Assembly: GCA_046329535.1 (NCBI GenBank)
Contig: JAXLUN010000001.1
Span: 514,856 to 578,855, forward strand
DNA length: 64,000 nucleotides
Reading direction: 5' to 3'
From: Chitinophagales bacterium
GTDB lineage: Bacteria > Bacteroidota > Bacteroidia > Chitinophagales > LD1
The translations under genes were made by a program, and so were the position numbers. Positions 30,343-38,941 of the stretch are shown here, piece by piece. The notes beneath the pieces are model-generated. The model ran no database searches and was not told where the DNA came from. It saw only the letters and a program-made list of their open reading frames with translations. How positions within the stretch are numbered: the first letter of the stretch is position 1; the number at the start of each line of letters is the position of its first letter.

Positions 30343-31689
30343 ATGAGTATAGTGGGCCGAGTATTGATTATAGACGATGAAGAAAAACTCCGTGGCCTTT
30401 TGGCTCGCATTATCGGGCTGGAGGGCTTTGAAGTAATAGAAGCGGGTGATGGTAAAACAGCTTTAAAAAAACTGGAGCAGCAAGACTTTGATGTGGTGCT
30501 TTGCGATGTAAAGCTGCCTGATGCCAACGGAGTAGAATTATCGCAAAGTATGAAGGGGAAGTACCCGCAAGTAGAAATTATTTTGCTTACGGCTTACGGA
30601 AACATTCCCGATAGCGTGCAGGCCATTAAAAACGGAGCGTTCGATTACCTTACAAAAGGCGATGATAACAACCGGATTATTCCACTGCTGCACCGCGCTA
30701 TTGAAAAAGTAAAACTGAACCGCCAGTTACAGCAACTGCAAAAGCAAGTGGGAGAAAAGTATTCCTTCAGCAACATTACCGGTGAATCAAAAGCTATAAA
30801 AGCAGCCATTGAACCCGCAAAAAAAGTAGCAGCAACCGATGCTACTGTTTTGCTGTTAGGCGAAACCGGAACAGGCAAGGAAGTGTTTGCGCAAGCCATT
30901 CATAGTGCCGGTAGCCGCGCTAATAAACCTTTTGTGGCTATCAACTGCTCGGCTTTTAGTAAAAATTTACTGGAAAGCGAAATGTTCGGGCACAAAGCCG
31001 GAGCCTTTACCGGAGCAATTAAAGACAAAAAAGGATTGCTTGAAGAAGCCAACAGCGGAACAATCTTTCTGGATGAGATTGGAGAGATGAGTTTGGAACT
31101 ACAGGCCAAACTGTTGCGGGTGTTGGAAACAGGCGAGTTTATAAAAGTGGGTGAAAGCAAAACGAGCAAAACCAATGTGCGCATTATTGCCGCTACGCAT
31201 CGCGATTTGCTGAGCGAAATTACAGCCGGGCACTTTCGTCAGGATTTGTATTACCGCCTTTCGGTGTTTCAAATAAAGTTGCCTGCCCTGCGCGAACGGG
31301 TAGCCGATATTGAACCTTTAGCCCAACACTTTGCCGCTTTGTTTGCCGCCAAAACCAACAAAAAGCCGCCACATCTTTCGCCCAATTTTACCGAAGCGCT
31401 AAAACGCCACCACTGGCCCGGCAACATACGCGAGTTAAAAAATGTAATGGAGCGCAGCGTTATCCTTGCCACCGGCAACGAACTGACAACCGATTTGCTT
31501 CCTTTTGAAATTCAACAGCAATTATCCAATGAAGGAAGTGCCCTTTCGGCCTTTTCGCTACAAGCGGTAGAGAAACTGCAAATACAAAAAGTACTCAACT
31601 ACACCGGTGGCAATAAAACCGAAGCGGCTAAACTACTTGGCATTGGCTCGGCTACTTTGTATAGGAAGATTGAGGAGTATAAATTGTAA
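30343..31689 (+). CDS. Sigma-54-dependent response regulator (REC-AAA+-Fis HTH, NtrC type)
   Basis: REC domain with DVVLCDVKLPD, Walker A GETGTGKE, GAFTGA motif (HKAGAFTGA), and a C-terminal HTH (AAKLLGIGSATLYRKI). Confidence 0.9.
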   Translation: MSIVGRVLIIDDEEKLRGLLARIIGLEGFEVIEAGDGKTALKKLEQQDFDVVLCDVKLPDANGVELSQSMKGKYPQVEIILLTAYGNIPDSVQAIKNGAFDYLTKGDDNNRIIPLLHRAIEKVKLNRQLQQLQKQVGEKYSFSNITGESKAIKAAIEPAKKVAATDATVLLLGETGTGKEVFAQAIHSAGSRANKPFVAINCSAFSKNLLESEMFGHKAGAFTGAIKDKKGLLEEANSGTIFLDEIGEMSLELQAKLLRVLETGEFIKVGESKTSKTNVRIIAATHRDLLSEITAGHFRQDLYYRLSVFQIKLPALRERVADIEPLAQHFAALFAAKTNKKPPHLSPNFTEALKRHHWPGNIRELKNVMERSVILATGNELTTDLLPFEIQQQLSNEGSALSAFSLQAVEKLQIQKVLNYTGGNKTEAAKLLGIGSATLYRKIEEYKL

Positions 31690-31695
31690 GCCGTT

Positions 31696-32559
31696 ATGAA
31701 GAAGGGAGAAGGTTTTGAAAAATTAGTGGCTGAAGTTGAGAGAAGTATAGGGAAAAGTTCCTCTGTCAGAATTCAACATAACGTTAAACTAAAAACAAAA
31801 AAGGGGAATTACAGACAGATCGATATCCTCATTGAACAAGCTGTAGAGCGATTTCTGTATAGAACAATTATTGAGTGCAAGGACAGGAAATCAAAAGTTA
31901 ATGCTAGAGAGGTGAATGCGTTTAAAACTCTGATGGAGAGTGTTGATGCACACCAAGGAATAATGGTCTCAAAATCTGGCTTTCAAAAAGGCGCAATTAC
32001 TGAGGCTGCTAACGAAAGAATATTGCTTTATAGATTAAGTGATGCGCATAATGCAGCAGAGTATTTAAAAGCCGCACTCATTAGCCAATATCAATACACT
32101 GTTAAACACGTAGAAACAATTGTCAGCTTTCAAGAAAAAAAGGAAATCAACAAAGAAGTTAACTTGTATTCAACCCTTAAAGTAGAGGGTATGCCTAATG
32201 AATTTTCATTAGTAAAAATTATAGAGATAGAACTGGAGAAAGAAAGAACTCAAATCCCTAAAAACTTTATAAAGAATTTAGTTGTGAAAGATGGGATGAT
32301 AGCTGTAACAGAGGGTGAGGCTACAGGAAGCATTAGTTTTAACCAACCTGTTTACTACGAAAGTAGAGGGGAAAGGACGGTGATAACTGGTTTTGAATCT
32401 CGATATAAGATAGAATTTCTATTGCGCAGTGGGGAGGTGGAGAGCTATAAACAGTACCAAGATATTAAGTCTAGTAGTCCGGTAGCTTTTGTCACTGGAG
32501 TCAAAGTAGGCAATGAGAGATTTAATCTTATCGAAAGAATAGACCCATCCAAAATGTAA
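31696..32559 (+). CDS. Restriction-endonuclease-like (Mrr-cat, PD-(D/E)xK) protein with unknown C-terminal domain
   Basis: GFEKLVAEV...RQIDILIE...IIECKDRKSKVNAREVNAF...GIMVSKSGFQKGA gives a D..ExK core. About 170 further residues match nothing I recognise. Starts 6 nt after the regulator stop. Confidence 0.65.
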   Translation: MKKGEGFEKLVAEVERSIGKSSSVRIQHNVKLKTKKGNYRQIDILIEQAVERFLYRTIIECKDRKSKVNAREVNAFKTLMESVDAHQGIMVSKSGFQKGAITEAANERILLYRLSDAHNAAEYLKAALISQYQYTVKHVETIVSFQEKKEINKEVNLYSTLKVEGMPNEFSLVKIIEIELEKERTQIPKNFIKNLVVKDGMIAVTEGEATGSISFNQPVYYESRGERTVITGFESRYKIEFLLRSGEVESYKQYQDIKSSSPVAFVTGVKVGNERFNLIERIDPSKM

Positions 32560-32583
32560 TTGCCTCTCATTCTGAAACACCCA

Positions 32584-32607
32584 CCCTCTCAAAATGAGAG
32601 GGTTTTT
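32584..32607 (+). terminator. Rho-independent terminator after the nuclease-like gene
   Basis: Stem ccctctc/gagaggg, 5-nt loop aaaat, then ttttt. Confidence 0.75.
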
Positions 32608-32622
32608 CTACTCTGTTTACAT

Positions 32623-32668
32623 GATTGAATTTTCCTGGTAAAGCGCAAACCTGCGCCAGTATTCAATC
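32623..32668 (+). promoter_or_regulatory. Composite inverted repeat, candidate enhancer (UAS) for the NtrC-type activator
   Basis: GATTGAAT (32623-30) pairs with ATTCAATC (32661-68), with an inner GCGCA-aacc-TGCGC (32643-56). Lies about 35-80 nt upstream of the candidate -24 element. Confidence 0.3.
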
Positions 32669-32699
32669 TTACATCTTACACCCTACAACTCACATCCGC

Positions 32700-32715
32700 T
32701 GGCATTTCGTTGGCA
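32700..32715 (+). promoter_or_regulatory. Candidate sigma-54 (-24/-12) promoter
   Basis: TGGCATttcgtTGGCA compared with the consensus TGGCAC-N5-TTGCA. GG and GC have the correct 10-nt spacing. It lies 24 nt upstream of the ATG at 32739. Confidence 0.45.
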
Positions 32716-32738
32716 TAAAGCAGGCAAACGCATTCTAT

Positions 32739-33086
32739 ATGTTAACCGAGTACAATTCCGTGCAGATGATACAAAACGAGTTTCCTGCACTGGCCTATCA
32801 ACTAAAACAGGGCTCAAGTATTAGGCAGCTATTTAAAGCCGTTCATAATTTGGCTGATTACACCAAAGAACAATTGCTTGAAAACAATCAATTGGAAATT
32901 GAGCACTGCTATTTGGTAGCCAAACATATTTCCGAACAAGGGACGAACCTTTCTAAGCTGGCTATCGAAAACATCTTTATCTACAGTGTAAGTCATTTGC
33001 TGGAGGTATCACTGGCGGTTTCCGGTGAAGCACGCTCTCTCTTCTTGAGCTTTTTCGGGAAAGAATACAGCCGTCAAATCAATTAA
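32739..33086 (+). CDS. Hypothetical 115-aa helical protein, apparent first gene of the kdp transcription unit
   Basis: First ATG of the open frame (MLTEYNSVQMIQ). The upstream part of the ORF-track call starts at a TTG and overlaps the promoter-like elements. No family recognised. Confidence 0.5.
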   Translation: MLTEYNSVQMIQNEFPALAYQLKQGSSIRQLFKAVHNLADYTKEQLLENNQLEIEHCYLVAKHISEQGTNLSKLAIENIFIYSVSHLLEVSLAVSGEARSLFLSFFGKEYSRQIN

Positions 33087-33108
33087 TCATCCTTATAAAT
33101 CAACAACC

Positions 33109-33192
33109 ATGACAGCAGCAATTCTCTTTGGTATCGGGCTTTTATGCTTCGGCCTCTTTTACAAAACCATCGATTTTTTCGAAAACATCTAA
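33109..33192 (+). CDS. 27-aa hydrophobic micropeptide (KdpF-like paralogue?)
   Basis: ATG...TAA encodes MTAAILFGIGLLCFGLFYKTIDFFENI, a single transmembrane helix. It lies 22 nt after the previous stop and 10 nt before kdpF. It is below the ORF-track length cutoff. Confidence 0.45.
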   Translation: MTAAILFGIGLLCFGLFYKTIDFFENI

Positions 33193-33202
33193 ACAAAATT
33201 CC

Positions 33203-33280
33203 ATGATAGCACTCTTCATTATCTCACTCCTTGTTTTCGGCTACCTCATTTATGTATTGCTGAAACCCGAAAAATTTTAA
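33203..33280 (+). CDS. kdpF: K+-transporting ATPase subunit F
   Basis: MIALFIISLLVFGYLIYVLLKPEKF resembles E. coli KdpF (..LLVFLLLGYLVYALINAEAF). It ends 3 nt before the kdpA ATG. Confidence 0.75.
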   Translation: MIALFIISLLVFGYLIYVLLKPEKF

Positions 33281-33283
33281 GCC

Positions 33284-35005
33284 ATGAACACAGAAATAAC
33301 AGGCGTCATCTTTATGTTTTTAGTCAGCGTGTTGCTGGCCATACCCTTTGGTAAATACATAGCCAAAGTATATGCGGGCGAAAAATCCTTGCTCGATTTT
33401 TTACGCCCCCTCGAAAACTTCTTTTTTAAACTGAGCGGTATTGATGCCACTAAGGAAATGACCTGTAAGCAGCACATGGTGGCGCTGCTTACAATTAATG
33501 CTGTATGGTTTGTGTATGGCTTTTTGGTGTTGCTGTTTCAAGGTTCGCTGCCGCTCAACCCCGATAGCAACCCGTCTATGACGGCCGATTTGGCTTTTAA
33601 TACGGTTATCAGCTTTATAGTCAATTGCAACTTGCAGCACTACAGTGGCGAAACAGGCGTAAGCTATTTCTCACAGGTGTTTGTGCTTATGTTCTTCCAG
33701 TTTGTATCGGCTGCCACGGGTATGGCTGCTGCGGCTGTGCTGTTTAATGCCTTGCGCGAGCGCACTACCGCCCAACTGGGCAACTTCTACAACTACTTTG
33801 TTAAGTCCATGACAAGGATTTTGCTGCCCCTGTGTTTAGTGGTAGCGGCTGTGCTGTTAATGAACGGAACACCCATGACATGGGAAGGAAAAGACACCAT
33901 TGTAACGTTGCAAGGCGATACTGTACAGGTTTCGCGCGGGCCGGTAGCTCCATTCGTTCCTATAAAACACTTAGGCACAAACGGTGGCGGGTTCTTCGGT
34001 GTAAACTCTGCTCACCCGTTAGAAAGCCCTAACTACATCACCAATGTTACCGAAATGGTAGCGCAGTTAATTATTCCTTTTGCCATGATTTTTGCTTTCG
34101 GTTTTTATCTGAAGCGTAGAAAACTTTCGTGGATGATTTTTGGGGTAATGACGGTGGGCTTCCTGATGTTGACCATTCCGAATGTGATTTTAGAAATACA
34201 AGGCAGCCCCGCTATTACAAAAATGGGCGTTGACCAAAGCCTGGGCGCCATGGAAGGGAAAGAGGTGCGCTTCGGCACAGCCGCTTCCGGCTTTTGGAGT
34301 ATAGCCACTACGGTTATCTCTACCGGCTCGGTTAACTCTATGCACGATAGCAGTATGCCGCTTTCGGGCATGAATGAATTGCTGGCTATGATGGTGAACA
34401 GTTTTTACGGAGGCGTAGGGGTAGGCATCCTCAACTTCTTCATCTTCATCATCATCTCGGTATTTATTGCAGGGTTGATGGTGGGAAGAACACCGGAGTT
34501 TCTGGGCAAAAAAATTGAAGCCCGCGAAATGAAAATTGCGGTGCTGGTTACGCTTCTTTCTCCGTTGCTAATACTAGGCGGAACGGCTTTAGCCGCTTAT
34601 CTGGCTGCGCACGACACTCCCATGGGCTGGTGGTTCAGCGGCAATGCAACGGGCTGGTTAAACAACCCGGGTTATCACGGCTTTTCGGAGATGTTATACG
34701 AGTTTACTTCTGCCAATGCAAACAACGGTAGCGGCTTTGAAGGGCTGGGCGATAATAATCCGTTCTGGAATATCATAACAGGAATTGTACTTATCCTCGG
34801 AAGGTATCTGCCAATTATTGGTCCGGTGGCTATTGCCGGTTTAATGGCAGGTAAAAAATACATACCCGAAAGTGCCGGAACACTGAAAACAGATACGCTC
34901 ACTTTCGGAGCTATGGTGTTGGCAGTAATTGTCATAGTAACCGCATTGCTGTATTTCCCTGCACTGGCATTGGGACCTATTGCCGAACACTTCAGTATGC
35001 TTTAA
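33284..35005 (+). CDS. kdpA: K+-transporting ATPase subunit A
   Basis: 573-aa polytopic protein in the kdpFABC position, with conserved selectivity-filter-like segments (LGTNGGGFFGVNSAHP; ANNGSGF). Confidence 0.92.
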   Translation: MNTEITGVIFMFLVSVLLAIPFGKYIAKVYAGEKSLLDFLRPLENFFFKLSGIDATKEMTCKQHMVALLTINAVWFVYGFLVLLFQGSLPLNPDSNPSMTADLAFNTVISFIVNCNLQHYSGETGVSYFSQVFVLMFFQFVSAATGMAAAAVLFNALRERTTAQLGNFYNYFVKSMTRILLPLCLVVAAVLLMNGTPMTWEGKDTIVTLQGDTVQVSRGPVAPFVPIKHLGTNGGGFFGVNSAHPLESPNYITNVTEMVAQLIIPFAMIFAFGFYLKRRKLSWMIFGVMTVGFLMLTIPNVILEIQGSPAITKMGVDQSLGAMEGKEVRFGTAASGFWSIATTVISTGSVNSMHDSSMPLSGMNELLAMMVNSFYGGVGVGILNFFIFIIISVFIAGLMVGRTPEFLGKKIEAREMKIAVLVTLLSPLLILGGTALAAYLAAHDTPMGWWFSGNATGWLNNPGYHGFSEMLYEFTSANANNGSGFEGLGDNNPFWNIITGIVLILGRYLPIIGPVAIAGLMAGKKYIPESAGTLKTDTLTFGAMVLAVIVIVTALLYFPALALGPIAEHFSML

Positions 35006-35026
35006 TCACACAGAAAAGATAAAACT

Positions 35027-37045
35027 ATGAGTAAGTCAATTAATACATCGCTCTTTCAGCGCGAATTAGTGAACGAAGCCTTCAAGCAATCGTTCGTAAA
35101 GCTGAACCCTAAAATAATGTTCCGCAATCCGGTAATGTTTACCGTTGAAATAGGAACAGCCATCATGCTGGTAGTAACTCTTTACTCGGCATTCAGTGGC
35201 GATAAGTCGCAGGGCTCATTCGTCTACAACCTCATTGTGTTCTTCGTGCTACTGCTCACTTTGTTGTTTGCCAACTTTGCAGAAGCCATAGCCGAAGCAA
35301 GAGGGAAAGCACAGGCTGATTCGCTGCGCAAAACCCGCGAAGAAACTCCTGCAAAACTGGCAAACGGAACCACTGTATCATCATCGCAATTAAAGAAGGG
35401 AGATATTTTCCTATGCGAAGCAGGTGATATTATTCCCACCGATGGTGAGATTATTGAAGGCCTCGCTACTATTGACGAAAGCGCCATTACCGGTGAAAGT
35501 GCTCCGGTAATCCGCGAAGCAGGAGGCGATAAAAGTTCGGTTACCGGTGGCACTAAAGTGCTGAGCGATAAAATTAAAGTGGTGGTAACCACACAACCCG
35601 GAGAAAGTTTCTTAGATAAAATGATTGCCCTGGTGGAAGGTGCCAGCCGCCAGAAAACACCCAACGAAATTGCCTTAACCATTTTGCTGGCAGGCTTTAC
35701 GCTGGTGTTTGTAATTGTGTGTGTAACCCTCCAACCTTTTGCATTGTATGCAAACACCCCTATCACCATTGCTGCTTTTATCTCGTTGTTTGTTTGCTTA
35801 ATCCCTACCACCATAGGTGGCTTACTCTCGGCCATTGGTATTGCAGGAATGGACAGAGCTTTGCGTGCTAACGTAATTACCAAAAGTGGTAAAGCAGTTG
35901 AAACTGCCGGAGATATTGATGTGTTATTGTTGGACAAAACAGGAACCATCACTATCGGTAATCGAAAAGCCACCAACTTCTATCCGGCTGATGGAGTAGA
36001 TAAAGACCAATTTGTAAAATGTGTGGTGCTGAGTTCGTTAAGCGATGATACGCCCGAAGGAAAATCAATTATTGAACTGGCGGGGGTTAATGCTTCTTCA
36101 TATCAGGTAGCCAATCCCAAGTTCATCAAGTTTACAGCCGAAACACGTTGCTCGGGAATTGACTTTGACAATACACGTATTCGCAAAGGGGCAACCGATG
36201 CTATTCGCAACTTGAGCGAAAAGGCCGGATATACTTTCCCTGGAGAAACAGCCCATCGCGTAAAACAGATTTCCACTAACGGAGGAACTCCTTTAGTAGT
36301 TTCTGAAAACGAAAAAGTAATTGGTGTTATTGAATTGCAGGACATCATAAAACCCGGCATTCAGGAACGCTTTGAGCGCTTGCGCAAAATGGGTATTAAA
36401 ACCGTAATGGTAACGGGTGATAACCCGCTTACAGCAAAATACATTGCTGAAAAAGCAGGAGTGGATGATTTTATTGCCGAGGCAAAGCCCGAAGACAAAA
36501 TGAATTACATCCGCAAAGAGCAAGCCGAAGGAAGGCTGGTAGCCATGATGGGTGACGGAACCAACGATGCCCCTGCTCTGGCTCAAGCTGATGTTGGTGT
36601 GGCCATGAACAGCGGAACACAAGCTGCCAAAGAAGCGGGCAACATGGTGGACCTCGATAACGACCCCACCAAACTGATTGAAGTGGTGGAAATAGGCAAG
36701 CAGTTACTTATGACCCGCGGAACCCTTACTACTTTCTCTATTGCCAACGATGTGGCAAAATACTTTGCCATTGTTCCGGCTTTGTTTATTACTTCTATTC
36801 CGGCATTGCAGGGCTTAAACATTATGAATTTGCATTCACCCGAAAGCGCCATTCTTTCTGCGGTCATATTCAACGCTATTATTATTCCGCTACTCATTCC
36901 TCTTGCATTAAAAGGGGTTGCCTACAAGCCTATTGGTGCCAGTGCATTACTCCGCAGAAATCTTTTCATCTACGGTTTGGGTGGTGTGCTTATTCCATTC
37001 ATAGGCATAAAACTGATTGATCTGGCAGTATCATTATTCATTTAA
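35027..37045 (+). CDS. kdpB: K+-transporting P-type ATPase subunit B
   Basis: Phosphorylation motif DKTGTIT, TGES-type segment ITGESAP, hinge [18 protein letters not shown]. Confidence 0.95.
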   Translation: MSKSINTSLFQRELVNEAFKQSFVKLNPKIMFRNPVMFTVEIGTAIMLVVTLYSAFSGDKSQGSFVYNLIVFFVLLLTLLFANFAEAIAEARGKAQADSLRKTREETPAKLANGTTVSSSQLKKGDIFLCEAGDIIPTDGEIIEGLATIDESAITGESAPVIREAGGDKSSVTGGTKVLSDKIKVVVTTQPGESFLDKMIALVEGASRQKTPNEIALTILLAGFTLVFVIVCVTLQPFALYANTPITIAAFISLFVCLIPTTIGGLLSAIGIAGMDRALRANVITKSGKAVETAGDIDVLLLDKTGTITIGNRKATNFYPADGVDKDQFVKCVVLSSLSDDTPEGKSIIELAGVNASSYQVANPKFIKFTAETRCSGIDFDNTRIRKGATDAIRNLSEKAGYTFPGETAHRVKQISTNGGTPLVVSENEKVIGVIELQDIIKPGIQERFERLRKMGIKTVMVTGDNPLTAKYIAEKAGVDDFIAEAKPEDKMNYIRKEQAEGRLVAMMGDGTNDAPALAQADVGVAMNSGTQAAKEAGNMVDLDNDPTKLIEVVEIGKQLLMTRGTLTTFSIANDVAKYFAIVPALFITSIPALQGLNIMNLHSPESAILSAVIFNAIIIPLLIPLALKGVAYKPIGASALLRRNLFIYGLGGVLIPFIGIKLIDLAVSLFI

Positions 37046-37064
37046 CAAGAAAAACTATCTCTAT

Positions 37065-37631
37065 ATGAAAACGAATTTACTTCCCGCTCTCCGGCTTACG
37101 TTAGTTTGCATTTTATTCTTCTCCGGTGTTTACTCGGCTATTGTGTGGGGTATGGCATTAGCCATTGCTCCCAATGGCGGCAAAGGCGAAACAGTGCAGG
37201 TAAACGGAAAAACTGTGGGCTATGCACTTATCGGTCAAAAATTTACCGATGATAAATATTTCTGGTCGCGCCCATCAGCGGTTGATTACAACGCAGCTTC
37301 TTCTTGCGGCAGCAACAAAGGGCCTTCAAACCCCGATTACTTAGCCTTGGTGCAGGCGCGCTTAGATACTTTTCTTGCGCATAACCTAACCATAGCAAAA
37401 CAAGATGTGCCTGCTGAACTTATTACAGCTTCGGGCAGCGGGTTAGACCCCGACCTTTCACCTAAAGCAGCATTGATACAAGTAGAGCGCATAGCTAAGC
37501 TGAGAAATATCAGCAAACAAAAATTAGTAGACTTGGTAAATAGCAAAACTCAAAAACCGGTATTAGGGCTTATGGGAACTGCCCATGTCAATATTCTTCA
37601 ACTTAATATTGCATTAGATAATCTTAAATAA
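37065..37631 (+). CDS. kdpC: K+-transporting ATPase subunit C
   Basis: MKTNLLPALRL with an N-terminal transmembrane helix, then SGSGLDPDLSP and WSRPSA motifs typical of KdpC. The ATG at 37065 avoids overlap with kdpB. Confidence 0.9.
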   Translation: MKTNLLPALRLTLVCILFFSGVYSAIVWGMALAIAPNGGKGETVQVNGKTVGYALIGQKFTDDKYFWSRPSAVDYNAASSCGSNKGPSNPDYLALVQARLDTFLAHNLTIAKQDVPAELITASGSGLDPDLSPKAALIQVERIAKLRNISKQKLVDLVNSKTQKPVLGLMGTAHVNILQLNIALDNLK

Positions 37632-37715
37632 TTTGCACGGTGAAATGCCATGATTCAAAAAATGAAATGAAAATCATAGACACTCCGCATGCTTTTTAAA
37701 ATCAAATTTAGATAG

Positions 37716-38939
37716 ATGAAAAAGTCAATTCTATTTCTCGCTATATCATTAGTGTCGCTTAGTGGTTTTAGTCAGGTAACTTTGTCCCCTGCCGAAAGAG
37801 CGGCACTTATTCAACAGATAAAACAGGAGCTGCTCGACTCGCTTCGCGCAGAAAACCTACAGGTAGTTTCAGTTAGCGATAGCCTTGCAGCAGAAAGAGC
37901 AAAACCTTGGAAGGGCAGCCTGGAACTGAGCGCTTATGTTGAAGCCTATTACCTCTACGATTTCGGGCAGCCCAAAACCGGCAATCGTGCGGGCTTTATA
38001 TACAGCCATAACCGCCACAACGAGTTCAACGTAAATCATGCGTTTATTAAACTGAACTACACGGCTGCTCGCCTTCGGGCTAACATAGCATTTATGGCAG
38101 GTACTTATGCTAATGCCAACCTTTCTGCCGAGCCTGGTGTGCTGAAAAATATTTTTGAAGCCAACGCGGGTATTAACCTTTCAAAGAAAAAGCAACTCTG
38201 GTTAGATGCCGGAATTTTTGCATCGCACATTGGCTTTGAAAGTGCTATAGGTAAAGATTGCTGGAACATGACGCGCAGCATTTTAGCTGACAACTCGCCT
38301 TACTACGAAAGCGGAGCAAAACTTACTTACAGTTCCGACAACGGAAAGTTTTTGGCAAGTGCTTTAATACTAAATGGATGGCAGCGTATTCAGCGGGTAG
38401 GGGGTAACTCGCTGCCATCGTTCGGCTGGCAGGTGCAGGGCAAACCTACCGATAGAATTTTGATTAACTCTTCATCGTTTATCGGTACTGATAAACCGGA
38501 TAGCGCGCGCCAAATGCGTTACTTCCATAACTTTTATGCCATCTATAACCTTACGGACAAGTTTGGTTTAACATTGGGCTTTGATGTGGGCGCTGAACAA
38601 AAAGCAAAAGGAAGCAGGCAATATAATGTGTGGTATACACCGGTGCTCATTGCCCGTTATCAACCCATTGAGCAACTTGCGCTGGCAGCACGTTTTGAAT
38701 ATTACAGCGATAGAAATGGAGTAATAATTGCCACCGGCACACCCAATGGTTTCGAAACGTTCGGTTACTCGCTCAACCTGGATGTTATTCCGTTTGCCAA
38801 TGCGATGATTCGTATGGAAGGGCGTTTGTTTCAGAGCCGTAAAGACGAAACATTCACCGATAGAAAGGGAAATTCAACTCAACTCAATCCATCGGTAGGT
38901 TTATCATTTGCCTATGCCTTTGCGCACCAGTTTAAATAA
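37716..38939 (+). CDS. Outer-membrane beta-barrel porin encoded inside the kdp cluster
   Basis: Signal peptide MKKSILFLAISLVSLSGFS, alternating beta-strand pattern, aromatic C-terminus (..AFAHQFK). Confidence 0.7.
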   Translation: MKKSILFLAISLVSLSGFSQVTLSPAERAALIQQIKQELLDSLRAENLQVVSVSDSLAAERAKPWKGSLELSAYVEAYYLYDFGQPKTGNRAGFIYSHNRHNEFNVNHAFIKLNYTAARLRANIAFMAGTYANANLSAEPGVLKNIFEANAGINLSKKKQLWLDAGIFASHIGFESAIGKDCWNMTRSILADNSPYYESGAKLTYSSDNGKFLASALILNGWQRIQRVGGNSLPSFGWQVQGKPTDRILINSSSFIGTDKPDSARQMRYFHNFYAIYNLTDKFGLTLGFDVGAEQKAKGSRQYNVWYTPVLIARYQPIEQLALAARFEYYSDRNGVIIATGTPNGFETFGYSLNLDVIPFANAMIRMEGRLFQSRKDETFTDRKGNSTQLNPSVGLSFAYAFAHQFK

Positions 38940-38941
38940 CG

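Noticed and set aside
32625-32738. The N-terminal 38 codons of the ORF-track call 32625-33086. Similar upstream extensions occur at 413, 6454, 17006-18065, 22284, 23255, 26142, 27759, 28473, 37017, 42072 and 47795.
   Set aside because: These extensions mostly begin at TTG/GTG-type codons rendered as M, or at an upstream in-frame ATG (e.g. 37017). They precede an in-frame ATG that yields a canonical N-terminus or signal peptide. Several would overlap the upstream gene or promoter-like elements.
35224-35976. A 250-aa ORF antisense to kdpB, plus several 60-110-aa antisense ORFs across kdpA, kdpB and the kinase gene.
   Set aside because: The sense strand encodes unambiguous KdpB motifs ([15 protein letters not shown]). 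The antisense products are low-complexity Ser/Ala/Val/Pro strings, typical of the reverse frame of GC-richer membrane-protein genes.
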